NCBI GenBank assembly: GCA_030428945.1
Contig: JAUIEC010000001.1
Span: 156,438-220,437 of the forward strand
Source: Phycisphaerae bacterium
GTDB taxonomy: Bacteria > Planctomycetota > Phycisphaerae > UBA1845 > Fen-1342
DNA length: 64,000 nt
Reading direction: 5' to 3'
Shown in pieces: positions 42,793 to 52,772 of this stretch (position 1 is the stretch's first letter; the number at the start of each line of letters is the position of its first letter). The translations under genes were made by a program, and so were the position numbers. Under the pieces are notes generated by a model. The model saw only the letters and a list, made by a program, of their open reading frames with translations. It did not search any database and was not told the origin of the DNA.

Positions 42793-45042
42793 TCAGGCCC
42801 GCAGATCGGCGGGGAAGAATAGGCGGAAGATCGTCGGATTCTTGCGGCGATGCAAGCGCAAACTGCCGCCGTGACGCCGCATCGCCTTCTCGGCGATCGG
42901 CAGACCCAGGCCGGCACCCAGCGCCGTCCGCTGGGCCGCCAGCGAACGATACCCGGACGTGAACACGAACGGCTCGTCGGCCGCCTCGATGCCGATCCCG
43001 AAGTTGCTGACGTCGACGATGTAGCCCGATCCGTCCTCGAGCGCGGCCGCCCGGACGTCGATCGTCGTGTTCCGCTGCCCGTACTTGATCGCATTCAGCA
43101 GCAGGTTGTAGATCGCCCGCTCGATCAGCGTCGCGTCCACCATCAGGGCCGGCACCTGCCGGAACCCGTCGAAGCGAATGTCCATCCGCCGCGTGTCGCG
43201 GGCGATCGACTGCAGCATGTCCTTCAGGCGGGCGACGATGTCCCCCTCCAGCAGCGTCGCACGCGGGTGGAACTCGCGGACGACCCCCGGGTCCGGGTCA
43301 AGCTGGTCGACCAGGTTCGACGCCAGGCGGATCGTCGCCCGCAGGTCGGTCAGCCCGGTCGTGTTCGGTGGCTGGCCGGCTTCGGCCTCCTCGATCAGCA
43401 TGTCGACCACGTCGCGCATCATCGCCAGCGGACTCGACAGGTCGTGCTTGATCGTGCTGATCGTCCGCTCGCGCAGGATCCGCTGCTCGAAACTCTTCAG
43501 GGCCGGGCCGACCTGGGCCGCGATGAACCGCAGTGTCTCGACTTCCGGACGGTCGAAGCGGGCCCGCGCGCTCGGAAAGACCGGGCTGCGGTGATCGAAA
43601 CAGCGGATCACGCCGAGGGCCCGCCCCTCCGGACGCAGCGGATCCAGGATCGGAATGTAGATCGACGGATCGAACTCGCCCTCGACCGCGGCCGGCCGCT
43701 CGGAGAACTTCAGGTCCTCGACGTCCTCGACGCCGTCGGTGACGATCGGACGGGCGGTCGCGAAACACCGGCCGGTGTTGCGCTCGCCGGCCGCGTACTT
43801 GGCGAGTCCGAGTCCGGAGTGGGGCAGGGGTTTGCCGGTGGCCACGTCGCGCAGGCCGGTGGTGCCGATGCACTCGACGGCGTCCTCGAATCCGCCGCGG
43901 TAGAAGACCGAGACGTAGCTGACGCCGAAGCGCGACTGGATCAGGTCGATCAGTTCGTCCAGGTACTTCGGGCGCGACTCGGCCGGGGCCTTGGTTTCGA
44001 TCAGGTACTGTTGCGCGAAGCGGTTGAGCTGCACGAGGATGTCGTGCTGCTTGCGTTCCTGGCTGCGGGCGATGCACATGGCGGTCAGGCGTCCCATCAC
44101 CAGCAGGATCGGGTCGTCATGGCGGACGCGGCGGGCCGGGTCGCTGTAGTGCAGGGAGATCACGTTGGTCAGGGCGTCGTCGCCATCGGGGGCCGCGTGC
44201 TGGTCGCCCTCGAACAGCGGGACGCACAGCAGGCTCGGGGCGGCCCGCTCGAGCAGGAAGTCGCGGACCACGACGCTGTAGCTGGCTTGCTCGAGGTCGC
44301 GCTCCCAGTCGGCCACGTTTTCGATCCAGACCGGCGCCGCGGTCCGGCAGGCGTAGTGCCCGACCGAGCAGCGGCCGGGGGCGACCCGCTGGGCCGGGAT
44401 GTCGCGTGGTCCGTCGCCGGCCCGGGCGTGGGCGGTCAGTTCGTAGCTGCGGTGCGGATCGAGGCGGTTCAGCATCCAGAGCCAGCACCAGTCGGCCCCG
44501 GTGACCGACTGCCAGATCTCGCAGATGCGTTCGTAGTCGGCGTGCGTTCCGGTCGGCTCGGTGTGCACCATCCGGTCGAAGAACGCGCGGCGCTGCTGGA
44601 GCGGGCTGAGCGGGTCGGGTTCGAGTTCGGCCAGGATCAGGCGCAGGCCGACCGCGAGGGCCTCGGGATCGGTCGGCGCCGGTTGCAGTTCGACCCACGC
44701 CAGCGCGGACGGTTCGCGCACGCGCAGCAGCGTCGTCTGTTCGTCCAGCGATTCGATCACGACCGCCCGCATGTCGCCCAGGACGGCCGGCTTGTCGGCG
44801 AAGCGGAGCGACGCGAGCGAGATCGTCCGGGCGGCGGACTCGTCGCTGGCGGCCTGGCAGGCCGATCCGGACGCCGGGGGCTGATCCTCGTCCGGCGGGA
44901 TCGCGGCGGTCGTGATCCGCAGGTAGCGGGTTCCCAGTTCCGCGTGCAGGGCGTCGACCAGCCACCGCAGGCGATCCTGCTCGGGCTCGTGGGCGACCTC
45001 GCGGGCGGCGGTCAGCAGGGCGGCCAGTTGCGACGCGTTCAT
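42793..45042 (-). CDS. Cytoplasmic sensor histidine kinase with GAF-like domains
   Basis: H-box HDLSSPLAMMRD. HATPase_c motifs (NLLLNAIKY, DVSNFGIGI, GAGLGLPIAEKAMRRHGG). No TM segment. The start was moved to MNASQLAALL because the upstream 113 codons are a Pro/Arg-rich low-complexity artefact. Confidence 0.8.
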   Translation of the reverse strand: MNASQLAALLTAAREVAHEPEQDRLRWLVDALHAELGTRYLRITTAAIPPDEDQPPASGSACQAASDESAARTISLASLRFADKPAVLGDMRAVVIESLDEQTTLLRVREPSALAWVELQPAPTDPEALAVGLRLILAELEPDPLSPLQQRRAFFDRMVHTEPTGTHADYERICEIWQSVTGADWCWLWMLNRLDPHRSYELTAHARAGDGPRDIPAQRVAPGRCSVGHYACRTAAPVWIENVADWERDLEQASYSVVVRDFLLERAAPSLLCVPLFEGDQHAAPDGDDALTNVISLHYSDPARRVRHDDPILLVMGRLTAMCIARSQERKQHDILVQLNRFAQQYLIETKAPAESRPKYLDELIDLIQSRFGVSYVSVFYRGGFEDAVECIGTTGLRDVATGKPLPHSGLGLAKYAAGERNTGRCFATARPIVTDGVEDVEDLKFSERPAAVEGEFDPSIYIPILDPLRPEGRALGVIRCFDHRSPVFPSARARFDRPEVETLRFIAAQVGPALKSFEQRILRERTISTIKHDLSSPLAMMRDVVDMLIEEAEAGQPPNTTGLTDLRATIRLASNLVDQLDPDPGVVREFHPRATLLEGDIVARLKDMLQSIARDTRRMDIRFDGFRQVPALMVDATLIERAIYNLLLNAIKYGQRNTTIDVRAAALEDGSGYIVDVSNFGIGIEAADEPFVFTSGYRSLAAQRTALGAGLGLPIAEKAMRRHGGSLRLHRRKNPTIFRLFFPADLRA

Positions 45043-45196
45043 CCGCGGCGGCCGATCGGGGAGAACGGGTGCGCGGACGGGGGTCGCAGGCGGGGCGCGT
45101 GGGCCCGTCCGGTGCGGTGGGTTGCGAGGGTACGGGGCGCCGGGATGGGAGCGCGCGGCGGGCGGTCCTGGTTCACGCCGTCCCTCCTGCGGGTCG

Positions 45197-46405
45197 TCAC
45201 CGACCGACCACGTTGAGCGGCACGCTGCCGTCCGGTCGGGCGAGCGGGTCGGGCGGGGCGATCTCGACGGATGCGTTGCTGAGCGCGGCCTCGCCGCGTT
45301 CGACGCGATCGGCGAAGGCGTGGCACTCTTCGAGCAGGGCGTCGAGCATCCGGTCCTCGGGCACGGTCTGCTTCTTGTCACCTTGGACGTAGATGATGCC
45401 CTTGCCGTTGCCGGCGAAGATGGCGACGTCCGAGCCTTCGCACTCGCCGGGTCCGTTGACGACGCAGCCCATCACGGCCACCTTGATCGGCAGCTTGATT
45501 TCGCTGGCGATCTTGCGGCGGACGTTGGTGACCAGTTCGTACAGGTCGACCTGGATGCGTCCGCAGGCCGGGCAGGCGATCAGTTCCGGTTCGGTCCGGC
45601 TGCGGAGTCCCAGGCAGCAGAGCAGTTCCTTGGCGTCTTCGACCTCGTAGACCGGGTCGGCGGCGTAGCTGATCCGGACGGTGTCGCCGATGCCGTTGGC
45701 CAGCAGGGTGCCGAGGGCCGCGATCGAGCGGATCCGCCCGGTTTCCGGCGGTCCGGCGTGGGTCACGCCGAGGTGCAGCGGGTAGTCGTGCCGCTGGCTG
45801 ATCGAGGTGTAGGCGTCGATCACGATCCGCGGGTCGATGCTCTTGCAGGAGATGACGATGTCGTGATAGTCGGCCTCGTCGAAGATGCGGATGTACTCGT
45901 CGAGCTTCTCGTGCATGATCCGCATCAGTTCGGCCGTGTAGGAGCCGGTCAGGGCGCTCTTCTCCCGGGCCCGCAGTTCCTTGTCCTTCCGCTCGATGAT
46001 GCCGCCTTCGTTGACGCCGACGCGGATCGGAATGCCGCGCTCCTTGCAGGCGGCGATGACCTTCAGGACCTGTTTGCGGTCAGTGATGTTGCCGGGGTTC
46101 AGGCGGATCTTGTGGACGCCGGCTTCGATCGCCTCGAGGGCCCGTTGAAAGTGGAAGTGCACGTCGGCGACGATCGGCACGGGTGAGGCCGCGAGGACGT
46201 GCCGGAGGGCCTCGGTGTCCTTCTTTTCCGGGACGGCCACGCGGACGACGTCGGCGCCGGCCCGGGCCAGTTTCTGGACCTCGTCGATGCACTTGTCCAC
46301 TTCCCAGGTGTAGCCCGAGGTCATGGACTGAATCACGACCGGGGCGTCGCCGCCCAGCTTGACGTTTCCGACCGATACCTGGCGTGTCTTCTTCCGCGGG
46401 GGCAT
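45197..46405 (-). CDS. ispG: 4-hydroxy-3-methylbut-2-en-1-yl diphosphate synthase (flavodoxin), IspG/GcpE
   Basis: Co-linear match to GcpE (VGNVKLGGDAPVVIQSMT, RVAVP, IRVGVNEGG), including the C-terminal Cys triad CPACGR...GCVVNGPGE. Confidence 0.95.
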   Translation of the reverse strand: MPPRKKTRQVSVGNVKLGGDAPVVIQSMTSGYTWEVDKCIDEVQKLARAGADVVRVAVPEKKDTEALRHVLAASPVPIVADVHFHFQRALEAIEAGVHKIRLNPGNITDRKQVLKVIAACKERGIPIRVGVNEGGIIERKDKELRAREKSALTGSYTAELMRIMHEKLDEYIRIFDEADYHDIVISCKSIDPRIVIDAYTSISQRHDYPLHLGVTHAGPPETGRIRSIAALGTLLANGIGDTVRISYAADPVYEVEDAKELLCCLGLRSRTEPELIACPACGRIQVDLYELVTNVRRKIASEIKLPIKVAVMGCVVNGPGECEGSDVAIFAGNGKGIIYVQGDKKQTVPEDRMLDALLEECHAFADRVERGEAALSNASVEIAPPDPLARPDGSVPLNVVGR

Positions 46406-46540
46406 GCAGCGCTCGCCTCTCAGGATTCCAAGCTTCGCGCCGCCCGGGCCACCCACGGCCCGGGTCGGCTGAAGAGTCTACGATAGAGCCTTTTCGTGGT
46501 TGGGGGAATCCGGGCCCGATTCCGGCCGATCGCCTCCGGC

Positions 46541-47062
46541 TTACGTCAGGTCGGTCAGGAACGCCAGCACATCGGCCGCCGGTTCGCCGCCGACCCGGGC
46601 GTGCACGATCAGCGGGATGCCGTGCGGGCCGGGCGTGTGCAGGGCCTCGGGAAACGCCGCCAGGGCGGCCTGGACGACTTCGAGTCGCCCGAGCATGGCG
46701 GCCGCGAAGATGTCGAGCCGGGCGCCCCGGTCGAGCAGCAGCAGGGCGATCTCTCGGCCGCCGGTGTGGGCCGCGGCCCCGAGTCCGGTCTCGAAGTCTC
46801 CGCCGCCCCAGTCCCAGGTGGCGTTGACGAGCTTCGGTTCGGTTTCGAGCATCTGCGTGACGGCCGGCAGGTCGCGGTGGCTGACGCTGACGAACTCGCG
46901 CACGAGGTCGCTGCCGAGCGCGGGAGGGCGTTCGCGCTTCGTGGTGGTTGTCGCGGATTCGGTCGCGTTGCCGTGTGCGCAGCCGAGCAGGCTGGCGCCG
47001 CCGGCGAGGGCGATTCCGCCGGCGGCCTGCCGGAGCAGTTCACGTCGGTTGATCCTGGTCAT
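46541..47062 (-). CDS. Tat-signal ankyrin-repeat protein
   Basis: MTRINRRELLRQAAGGIALAGGASLLGC (twin-Arg). Ankyrin-like GLGAAAHTGGREIALLLLDRGARLD repeats. ATGA overlap with the upstream gene. Confidence 0.6.
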   Translation of the reverse strand: MTRINRRELLRQAAGGIALAGGASLLGCAHGNATESATTTTKRERPPALGSDLVREFVSVSHRDLPAVTQMLETEPKLVNATWDWGGGDFETGLGAAAHTGGREIALLLLDRGARLDIFAAAMLGRLEVVQAALAAFPEALHTPGPHGIPLIVHARVGGEPAADVLAFLTDLT

Positions 47063-48237
47063 GGTCCCATCTCCGCCTGGGGCTCGCGTGCGTATCGTTC
47101 GGCAAGCTGGTGCATCACCTGCCGGATGCCGTTCTGTGCCTGGGCGTCGGCCCGGTTGGTGGCGGCGACCACCGCGACCTGTCGGCCGGGCGCGATGGCG
47201 ATCTGCGCCAGCCACATCGTGTTGCTGCCGCCGTGCTGCAGCACCTGGCCGCCGGCCCAGTCGCGCTCGCTGAGGCCCCACCCGTAGGCGTAGCCCTGCT
47301 CGAACGTGTCGGTGTGCAGCCGGGCAAAGGTCTCGGGCTTCAGCAGGCGGTCCGCGGTCAGGTGCAGGCGCGCGTAGCGGGCCCAGTCCAGCACGCTGCA
47401 GTGCACGTTGCCGGCCGGACCGGTCACGCCCGGATTGTCGGCCGCCGGCGACGGCGCCACGTAGCGGAGGCTGCCGAAGGTGCGGTGCCCCCAGGGTTGA
47501 TCGACTTTCCCGGCATCGCCCGGCGGACCAAAGCCGGCGGAGCGCATCTCCAGCGGCGCGAACAACTCGGCGCGGATCATCGTCTCCCAGGTCTCGCCGG
47601 CGGCCGCTTCCGCCATGGCCGCGGCGATCGTGATGCCGTTGTTGGAATACGCGAAGGCCGTGCCGGGCGGCGTGGCGGGTTCACCGGCCAGGACGATGCG
47701 GATCAGGTCGCGGCGCTGTTCGTCCATGGGGCCCTTGAGCCCGCGGAGGCGCACAAGCGTCAGGCCCGGGCGGCGATCATCCGGCAGGCCGCTGCGATGG
47801 CAGAGCAGTTGCTCCAGGGTCACCGCGTGCCAGGCCGGTTTGATCTCGTCCTTCAGGCCCGCGAGAACTTCGCCGATCGTGCTGTCCCACCGCAGGCGGC
47901 CGCGTTCGACGAGCCGCGCGCAGAGCGTGGCCGTCATCGACTTCGTGCACGAGCCGATATGGAACTTGTCGTCCAGGCCGACCCGTTCGCCGTGGCCGGC
48001 CCGGCGGACGCCGACGGCCCCGGCGGCCAGCAGACGCTCGTCGGAGACCACGGCCGCGGCGAGAGCCGGCAGTTCGTGCTCGGAGCGGATCGACTCGAGC
48101 ATCTCGGACAGGTCTTCCGCGCCGAGGGAGGCGGCGGTCGGGCCGGGCACGGGGCCGCTGGCGGCGGCGGCGGGGTCATCGGCCCGCAGGGGTGCGACGG
48201 ACAGGAGCATCAGCAGGGGGATCGCAAGCGGCCGCAT
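47059..48237 (-). CDS. Serine hydrolase, beta-lactamase class C / PBP family
   Basis: Active-site SxxK (SCTKS), YSN motif (AYSNNG), HGG near the C-terminus. Signal peptide MRPLAIPLLMLLSVAPLRA. Confidence 0.85.
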   Translation of the reverse strand: MRPLAIPLLMLLSVAPLRADDPAAAASGPVPGPTAASLGAEDLSEMLESIRSEHELPALAAAVVSDERLLAAGAVGVRRAGHGERVGLDDKFHIGSCTKSMTATLCARLVERGRLRWDSTIGEVLAGLKDEIKPAWHAVTLEQLLCHRSGLPDDRRPGLTLVRLRGLKGPMDEQRRDLIRIVLAGEPATPPGTAFAYSNNGITIAAAMAEAAAGETWETMIRAELFAPLEMRSAGFGPPGDAGKVDQPWGHRTFGSLRYVAPSPAADNPGVTGPAGNVHCSVLDWARYARLHLTADRLLKPETFARLHTDTFEQGYAYGWGLSERDWAGGQVLQHGGSNTMWLAQIAIAPGRQVAVVAATNRADAQAQNGIRQVMHQLAERYAREPQAEMGP

Positions 48238-48446
48238 CGAGGTCTCCTCGAGGAGTGGTGGCATCGGTCGCGCAGTATAGCGATCCCGCCTGGGTGTTCG
48301 GGCGCGAAACCGGGTTCGATTCGGGTCGGAAGCCGGCTTCGCCGAGGGCCGGCCTCGAATCCGGGGCGGACCGGTTTTTTTTGATCTGGTACCGGCTGCC
48401 GGCTCGTCCTACTCTGCGACAACACGGGCCTCGGAGGATACCTGTC

Positions 48447-49631
48447 ATGCCGCGTCCGCTCGCTTTCCTGCTGATTGTGCTGCTGGCCGCCCCCGCCTGG
48501 GCGGAAGATCCGTCCTCGGAGCCGGCGCCGTTGCCGCTGTTCGACCGCGTCGGGTCGGTGCTGGCCAAGCGATTCCACGACAAGGCGTTCCGCGAGAAGC
48601 AGTTGCCGGCCCTGATCGAGCGTTTCGCGCCGCTGGCCGCCCAGGCCGAAACGCTGGCCGAGCAGCGGGCGGTGACGCACGCGCTGCTGGCCGAGATTCC
48701 GGCCTCGCACCTCGGGCTGTTGTCGAAGGACGGCATGGCGCGGGCGATGCGTGAACTGCGGGGCCAGCCGGGTCCGACGTTCGGGTTCGAGCTGATCAAC
48801 TACGACGGCAAGTACTTCGCCCGCAACGTGCTCGAGGGGGGGCCGGCCGCCACGGCGGGCCTGCTGCGTGGTGACCGGTTGATTTCGATCGACGGTGTTC
48901 CGGTCGAGGGATCACCGCGGCTGGACTGGCGGACCGATGACGCCTATCTGCCGGATCCGCCGGTGCATGACATTGCGGCCGAACTGGGCGAGACGATCGA
49001 GGTACGGGTCGAGCGTCGTCCGCGCGAGTACGTGACGTTTCCGATCACGTCGGCGGAGTACTGCGCGATGGAGGCCTCGCGGGTCGGGACGCGGGTGATC
49101 GAAGCGGACGGGCTTCGGTTCGGTTACGTGCACCTGCGGTACATCCACATGATGGGGACGCGTGAACTGGTTGAGGACGCGCTGAACGGTCCGCTGGCCG
49201 AGTGTGACGCGTTCCTGCTGGACCTGCGTGGCCGGGGCGGAAACGGGATGGCGATCAACGGGCTGCTGGAATTGTTCCGGGGCGACGATCCCGTCTGGGG
49301 CAAGCCGGTGGTGGCGATCACCAACACGCTGACCCGCAGCGCGAAGGAGATCATCGCGCAGCAGCTCAAGGAGAAGGACCTGGCCCGGCTGGTCGGAGAG
49401 CCGACCGCGGGTGCCGTGATTCCGGCCACGTTCGCCAACGTCGGTCACGACACCGTGCTGATGTTCCCGACCATGCGGCTGGGCAAGTACACCCGCGACC
49501 TCGAAGGCCATCCGGTCACGCCGCACGTGCTGGTCAAGGACTCGGGGCCGTACTCGGCCGGGGCCGAACCGCTGATCGACGCGGCGGTCGTTGAGGCCTC
49601 CCGGATGGTGCGTGAGCGGGTCACGAAGTGA
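48447..49631 (+). CDS. S41 family peptidase with a PDZ domain (C-terminal processing protease-like)
   Basis: GGAGG RBS. Signal peptide. PDZ-like GLLRGDRLISIDGVPV. S41 signature LLDLRGRGGNG and a downstream Lys region. Confidence 0.75.
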   Translation: MPRPLAFLLIVLLAAPAWAEDPSSEPAPLPLFDRVGSVLAKRFHDKAFREKQLPALIERFAPLAAQAETLAEQRAVTHALLAEIPASHLGLLSKDGMARAMRELRGQPGPTFGFELINYDGKYFARNVLEGGPAATAGLLRGDRLISIDGVPVEGSPRLDWRTDDAYLPDPPVHDIAAELGETIEVRVERRPREYVTFPITSAEYCAMEASRVGTRVIEADGLRFGYVHLRYIHMMGTRELVEDALNGPLAECDAFLLDLRGRGGNGMAINGLLELFRGDDPVWGKPVVAITNTLTRSAKEIIAQQLKEKDLARLVGEPTAGAVIPATFANVGHDTVLMFPTMRLGKYTRDLEGHPVTPHVLVKDSGPYSAGAEPLIDAAVVEASRMVRERVTK

Positions 49632-49693
49632 AGGGCCCGGCACCGGCAGTCTTCCCTGCGCCGGTTGGTTTTCCGGTGTACGGAGTTGCCACG

Positions 49694-49842
49694 CGGTGCG
49701 GCATCGACGCCCGGGATTTCCGCGCCGGGCGCGAGCGCGGTCTGCCGCGTCGATGACGCACCCTACGGTGGCCGCGTGAAACCCTTGCGCCCACGCCGAT
49801 GATGCACCCTACGGTGGTGGCGTGAAACCCTCGCGCCCACGC
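49694..49842 (+). repeat. Family-D core element (third copy) with a partial internal duplication, followed by a GGGAGCGA tract (49858-49915)
   Basis: gcggtgcggcatcgacgcc...gtcgatgacgcaccctacggtgg matches 5158-5236. The segment gcaccctacggtgg(c/t)(c/g)gcgtgaaaccct(t/c)gcgcccacgc is duplicated. Confidence 0.75.
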
Positions 49843-49925
49843 TGCCTGGCGCCCACCGCTCCCTCATCCGGGCTCCCTGGCTCCCTCGCTCCCTCGCTCC
49901 CTCGCTCCCTCATCCTGGCTCAGGG

Positions 49926-51317
49926 TCAGCTTCCTTCTTCGGTGGGGACGTTGGACAGGCGGGGGCGGGCGGCTTCGCGCTTTTCGGCGTAGCGCTGCTC
50001 GATGTCTTCGGCCGTGCCGAGGCGGTAGCGGTGGTCGCCTTCGGTCCAGTGGAGCGGGTTTCCGAAGGCGTCCGCGGTGAGTGTCACGACGGGGCCGTGG
50101 CCCCAGCGGAATTCGAAGCGGCGGCCGGGGCGGGTCTGGCCTTCGAGGTCGATCTCGCCGACGCAGCGGATGGTGAAGGGGACGAGGTCGCGGGATTCCG
50201 GGTGGTAGCTCATCACCGTCAGCCACTCGGTCTGGGTCGTCGGCAGCAGGGCCGGCAGGACGCGGACCCAGCCGAGTCCGAGGAAGTCGCGGCCCAGTGT
50301 GAACGGGCGGCGCGGATCGGGGAGGGCGACCTGCAGGCTGTGCGTGTAGCTGGTGACGAGCTGGTCGCCGGCGCGGATGCATTCGTCGCGGGTCACCAGC
50401 GGGGCGGTGAAGACGCCGCCGATCTGGGCCGTCTCCGACAGCGTCACCTCGTACAGGCCGGTCTTGCCCGACACGCTGCTGAAGGCGTCCCACGATGAGA
50501 AGCTGGCGTGCGGGCCGGCGAACTGCCATTCCTCCTCGTGCACCCGCAGGCCCGGTTCGCCGCGCGTGTTGCCGTAGCTCGGATCCTCGGCCGAGTGGCG
50601 CTCGGGGCGGAAGGTGATCGTGCGATAGCCACGGCCGTTGCCGGCGACCTCGAGCAGGTAGTGCCGCGTGTCGGGGTCGAGTCGTACGCCGCGAATCGCG
50701 GCGGGCAGCGTTTCGCGCAGGAACTTCAGTCCGCGCCGCCGGGCGAACGGCAGTTCGCGGGCGAGTTCCGGGTCGTGGTAGACCTGCAGCGTGCCGAGCA
50801 GCACCTGCAGGGCCCGGTCGGCGGCCAGCGGCGCGCCTGCCTCGGCCGAGACGCTCGCGGTCGAGTGCGCGAACGTCAGGACGGTTTCGGCATCGAGCCG
50901 CAGGCAGACATAGCTGGTGTCGATCTGGTCCGGCGCGACCTCGGCCCGCACGAGCAGCATCCGGGCGGGACGCGGCAGGGGCGGAGGGGACGCCTGCTGG
51001 ACGGCCACCACGCCCGGGATCGTGCGCAAGGCCGCCTCGAAGTCGGCGATCCAGGCGTCGAAGTCGTCGGCGTCGGTGCTCTCGAACTGGTAGACCTGGA
51101 CGGCCGTACGACCGTTGACCGAGCCGGCCCGGATCAGTCCGGCCGCATCGCCGGGCCCCCGGAACGGGCGGTTGTCGAGCGTCCAGTTGCCCGGCAGGTC
51201 GAAGCGCACGCCGGCCGCCAGCTTGTCGATCCGTTGCGGCCGCGGCGCCTGTGCCAGTCCCGGGACGAGTCCGAGCAGGGCGAGCGCGACACAAAACCGG
51301 GCGGGCCCGTAGGCCAT
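49926..51317 (-). CDS. Secreted hypothetical protein
   Basis: Signal peptide MAYGPARFCVALALLGLVPGLAQA. Coding-like codon bias. No recognisable motif. Confidence 0.55.
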   Translation of the reverse strand: MAYGPARFCVALALLGLVPGLAQAPRPQRIDKLAAGVRFDLPGNWTLDNRPFRGPGDAAGLIRAGSVNGRTAVQVYQFESTDADDFDAWIADFEAALRTIPGVVAVQQASPPPLPRPARMLLVRAEVAPDQIDTSYVCLRLDAETVLTFAHSTASVSAEAGAPLAADRALQVLLGTLQVYHDPELARELPFARRRGLKFLRETLPAAIRGVRLDPDTRHYLLEVAGNGRGYRTITFRPERHSAEDPSYGNTRGEPGLRVHEEEWQFAGPHASFSSWDAFSSVSGKTGLYEVTLSETAQIGGVFTAPLVTRDECIRAGDQLVTSYTHSLQVALPDPRRPFTLGRDFLGLGWVRVLPALLPTTQTEWLTVMSYHPESRDLVPFTIRCVGEIDLEGQTRPGRRFEFRWGHGPVVTLTADAFGNPLHWTEGDHRYRLGTAEDIEQRYAEKREAARPRLSNVPTEEGS

Positions 51318-51410
51318 GAGCGACTCCTCGCCTATCCTGTTGACCTGTTCGGCGCCGGCCGGGGCACCCCGCGTGCCGGCCAGGCCCGTGTAATGAGGAG
51401 AGCTTAGCGG

Positions 51411-52772
51411 ATGTCAAAGCAGAATCGCTACCTGGCGGTTGGACTGGCCTGGCTGGCCGGGCTGGCCAGCGTCGCCGTCGCCGAGGACACGGACCTGTCG
51501 GAGGCCCGCAAGGCCCTGGTCGAGTTGTCGAAGGAGATTGAGCGGGAGGTCGAGGCCCTGCGCGGCTGGAAGTTCAAGCGGCCGGTCCAGACCGACATCC
51601 GCACGCGTGACGAGCTGCTGACCTTCATCAAGGGCAAGATTGCCGAGGAGTACGGTCCGGGCAAGATGTCGCGCAAGCAGGCCATGCTGCGGATGATCGG
51701 CATGATTCCGCCGGACTGCGAGATGGTCGAGACGCTGCTGGAGGTGCTCAGCGACCAGATCGGCGGATTCTACGACCCCGACAAGCAGACCTTCTACATG
51801 ATGGTCCGCGAAGGCATGGAGACCACCGGGGCGATGGGCCGGGTGGTGATCGCGCACGAACTGACGCATGCGCTCGACGACCAGCACCTGGATCTCGAGG
51901 GCCTGATGGAACTGGCCAAGGGCAGCGAAGATCGCGAACTGGCGATCGGGGCGGTGGTCGAAGGGTCGGCCACGTTCCTGATGACCCGTTACATCGTCAC
52001 GCCGCCGTACAACCAGAAGCTCAGTCCCGAGGAGCTGGCCGCGTCGGCGACGGCCGAGATGAAGACGGCCCAGAAGCTGCTCGAGGCGCCGCGTTACTTC
52101 AGCGTGCTGCTGGCGAACTACATCTGCGGCATGAACTTCATGGCCGAGGGCAACCAGGCTCTGATCATGGCCGAGGACGCCGGGGCCCGGATGCGCAGGA
52201 ACCTGCTGGCCGTCCGGAAAGACCCGCCGAGCAGTTCCGAGCAGATCCTGCACCCCGAGAAGTACTGGAAGCAGCGCGACGAGCCGGTCGTGATCCGCGA
52301 CGAACTCGTTCAGCAGGCGGTGGCGGACGCGGGCCTGAAGATCGTGCACCGCGACACGATCGGCGAGGTGCTGCTGGGCATCCTGACCGCGCCGATCGAC
52401 GAGCCGATGAGCCTGATGGGTTCGCAGTTGCCGACCTACTGGACCAACGAGGCGGCCAGCGGCTGGGGCGGCGACCGGTTCTTCCTGCTCAGCGACAAGG
52501 CCGTCGACGCGGACGCGCCGGTCGCGGGCAAGCTGGCCGGCCTGTGGATCACCGCCTGGGACAGGGAAACCGATCGCGAGGAGTTCGAGGAGGACTACGC
52601 CTTCGAGCGTGACGAACTGCCGCTGACCCGGCGGGCGTATCCGCTCGGCCCGCGGGTGGTGGTCTACACGTTCGGGCTCGACGCGGACGCCGGCGACCGG
52701 CTGGCCGCCCGCCTGCGGCAGGTGCCGGGGCTGTTCACCCGCGACGGGCAGACCTGGTCGAGCCAGCCGTGA
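51411..52772 (+). CDS. Secreted putative zinc metallopeptidase (HExxH), family unassigned
   Basis: Signal peptide. VVIAHELTHALDDQH (HExxH plus a downstream His/Asp). Four-bp overlap with the next gene. Confidence 0.5.
   Translation: MSKQNRYLAVGLAWLAGLASVAVAEDTDLSEARKALVELSKEIEREVEALRGWKFKRPVQTDIRTRDELLTFIKGKIAEEYGPGKMSRKQAMLRMIGMIPPDCEMVETLLEVLSDQIGGFYDPDKQTFYMMVREGMETTGAMGRVVIAHELTHALDDQHLDLEGLMELAKGSEDRELAIGAVVEGSATFLMTRYIVTPPYNQKLSPEELAASATAEMKTAQKLLEAPRYFSVLLANYICGMNFMAEGNQALIMAEDAGARMRRNLLAVRKDPPSSSEQILHPEKYWKQRDEPVVIRDELVQQAVADAGLKIVHRDTIGEVLLGILTAPIDEPMSLMGSQLPTYWTNEAASGWGGDRFFLLSDKAVDADAPVAGKLAGLWITAWDRETDREEFEEDYAFERDELPLTRRAYPLGPRVVVYTFGLDADAGDRLAARLRQVPGLFTRDGQTWSSQP

Noticed and set aside
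42793-45381. The 113-aa Pro/Arg/Ser-rich N-terminal extension of the histidine kinase ORF, and a similar 70-aa extension on 62846-63862.
   Set aside because: Low-complexity Arg/Pro-rich sequence upstream of an internal Met that begins a well-formed domain. The extensions are treated as artefacts of the longest-ORF rule and the starts were moved.
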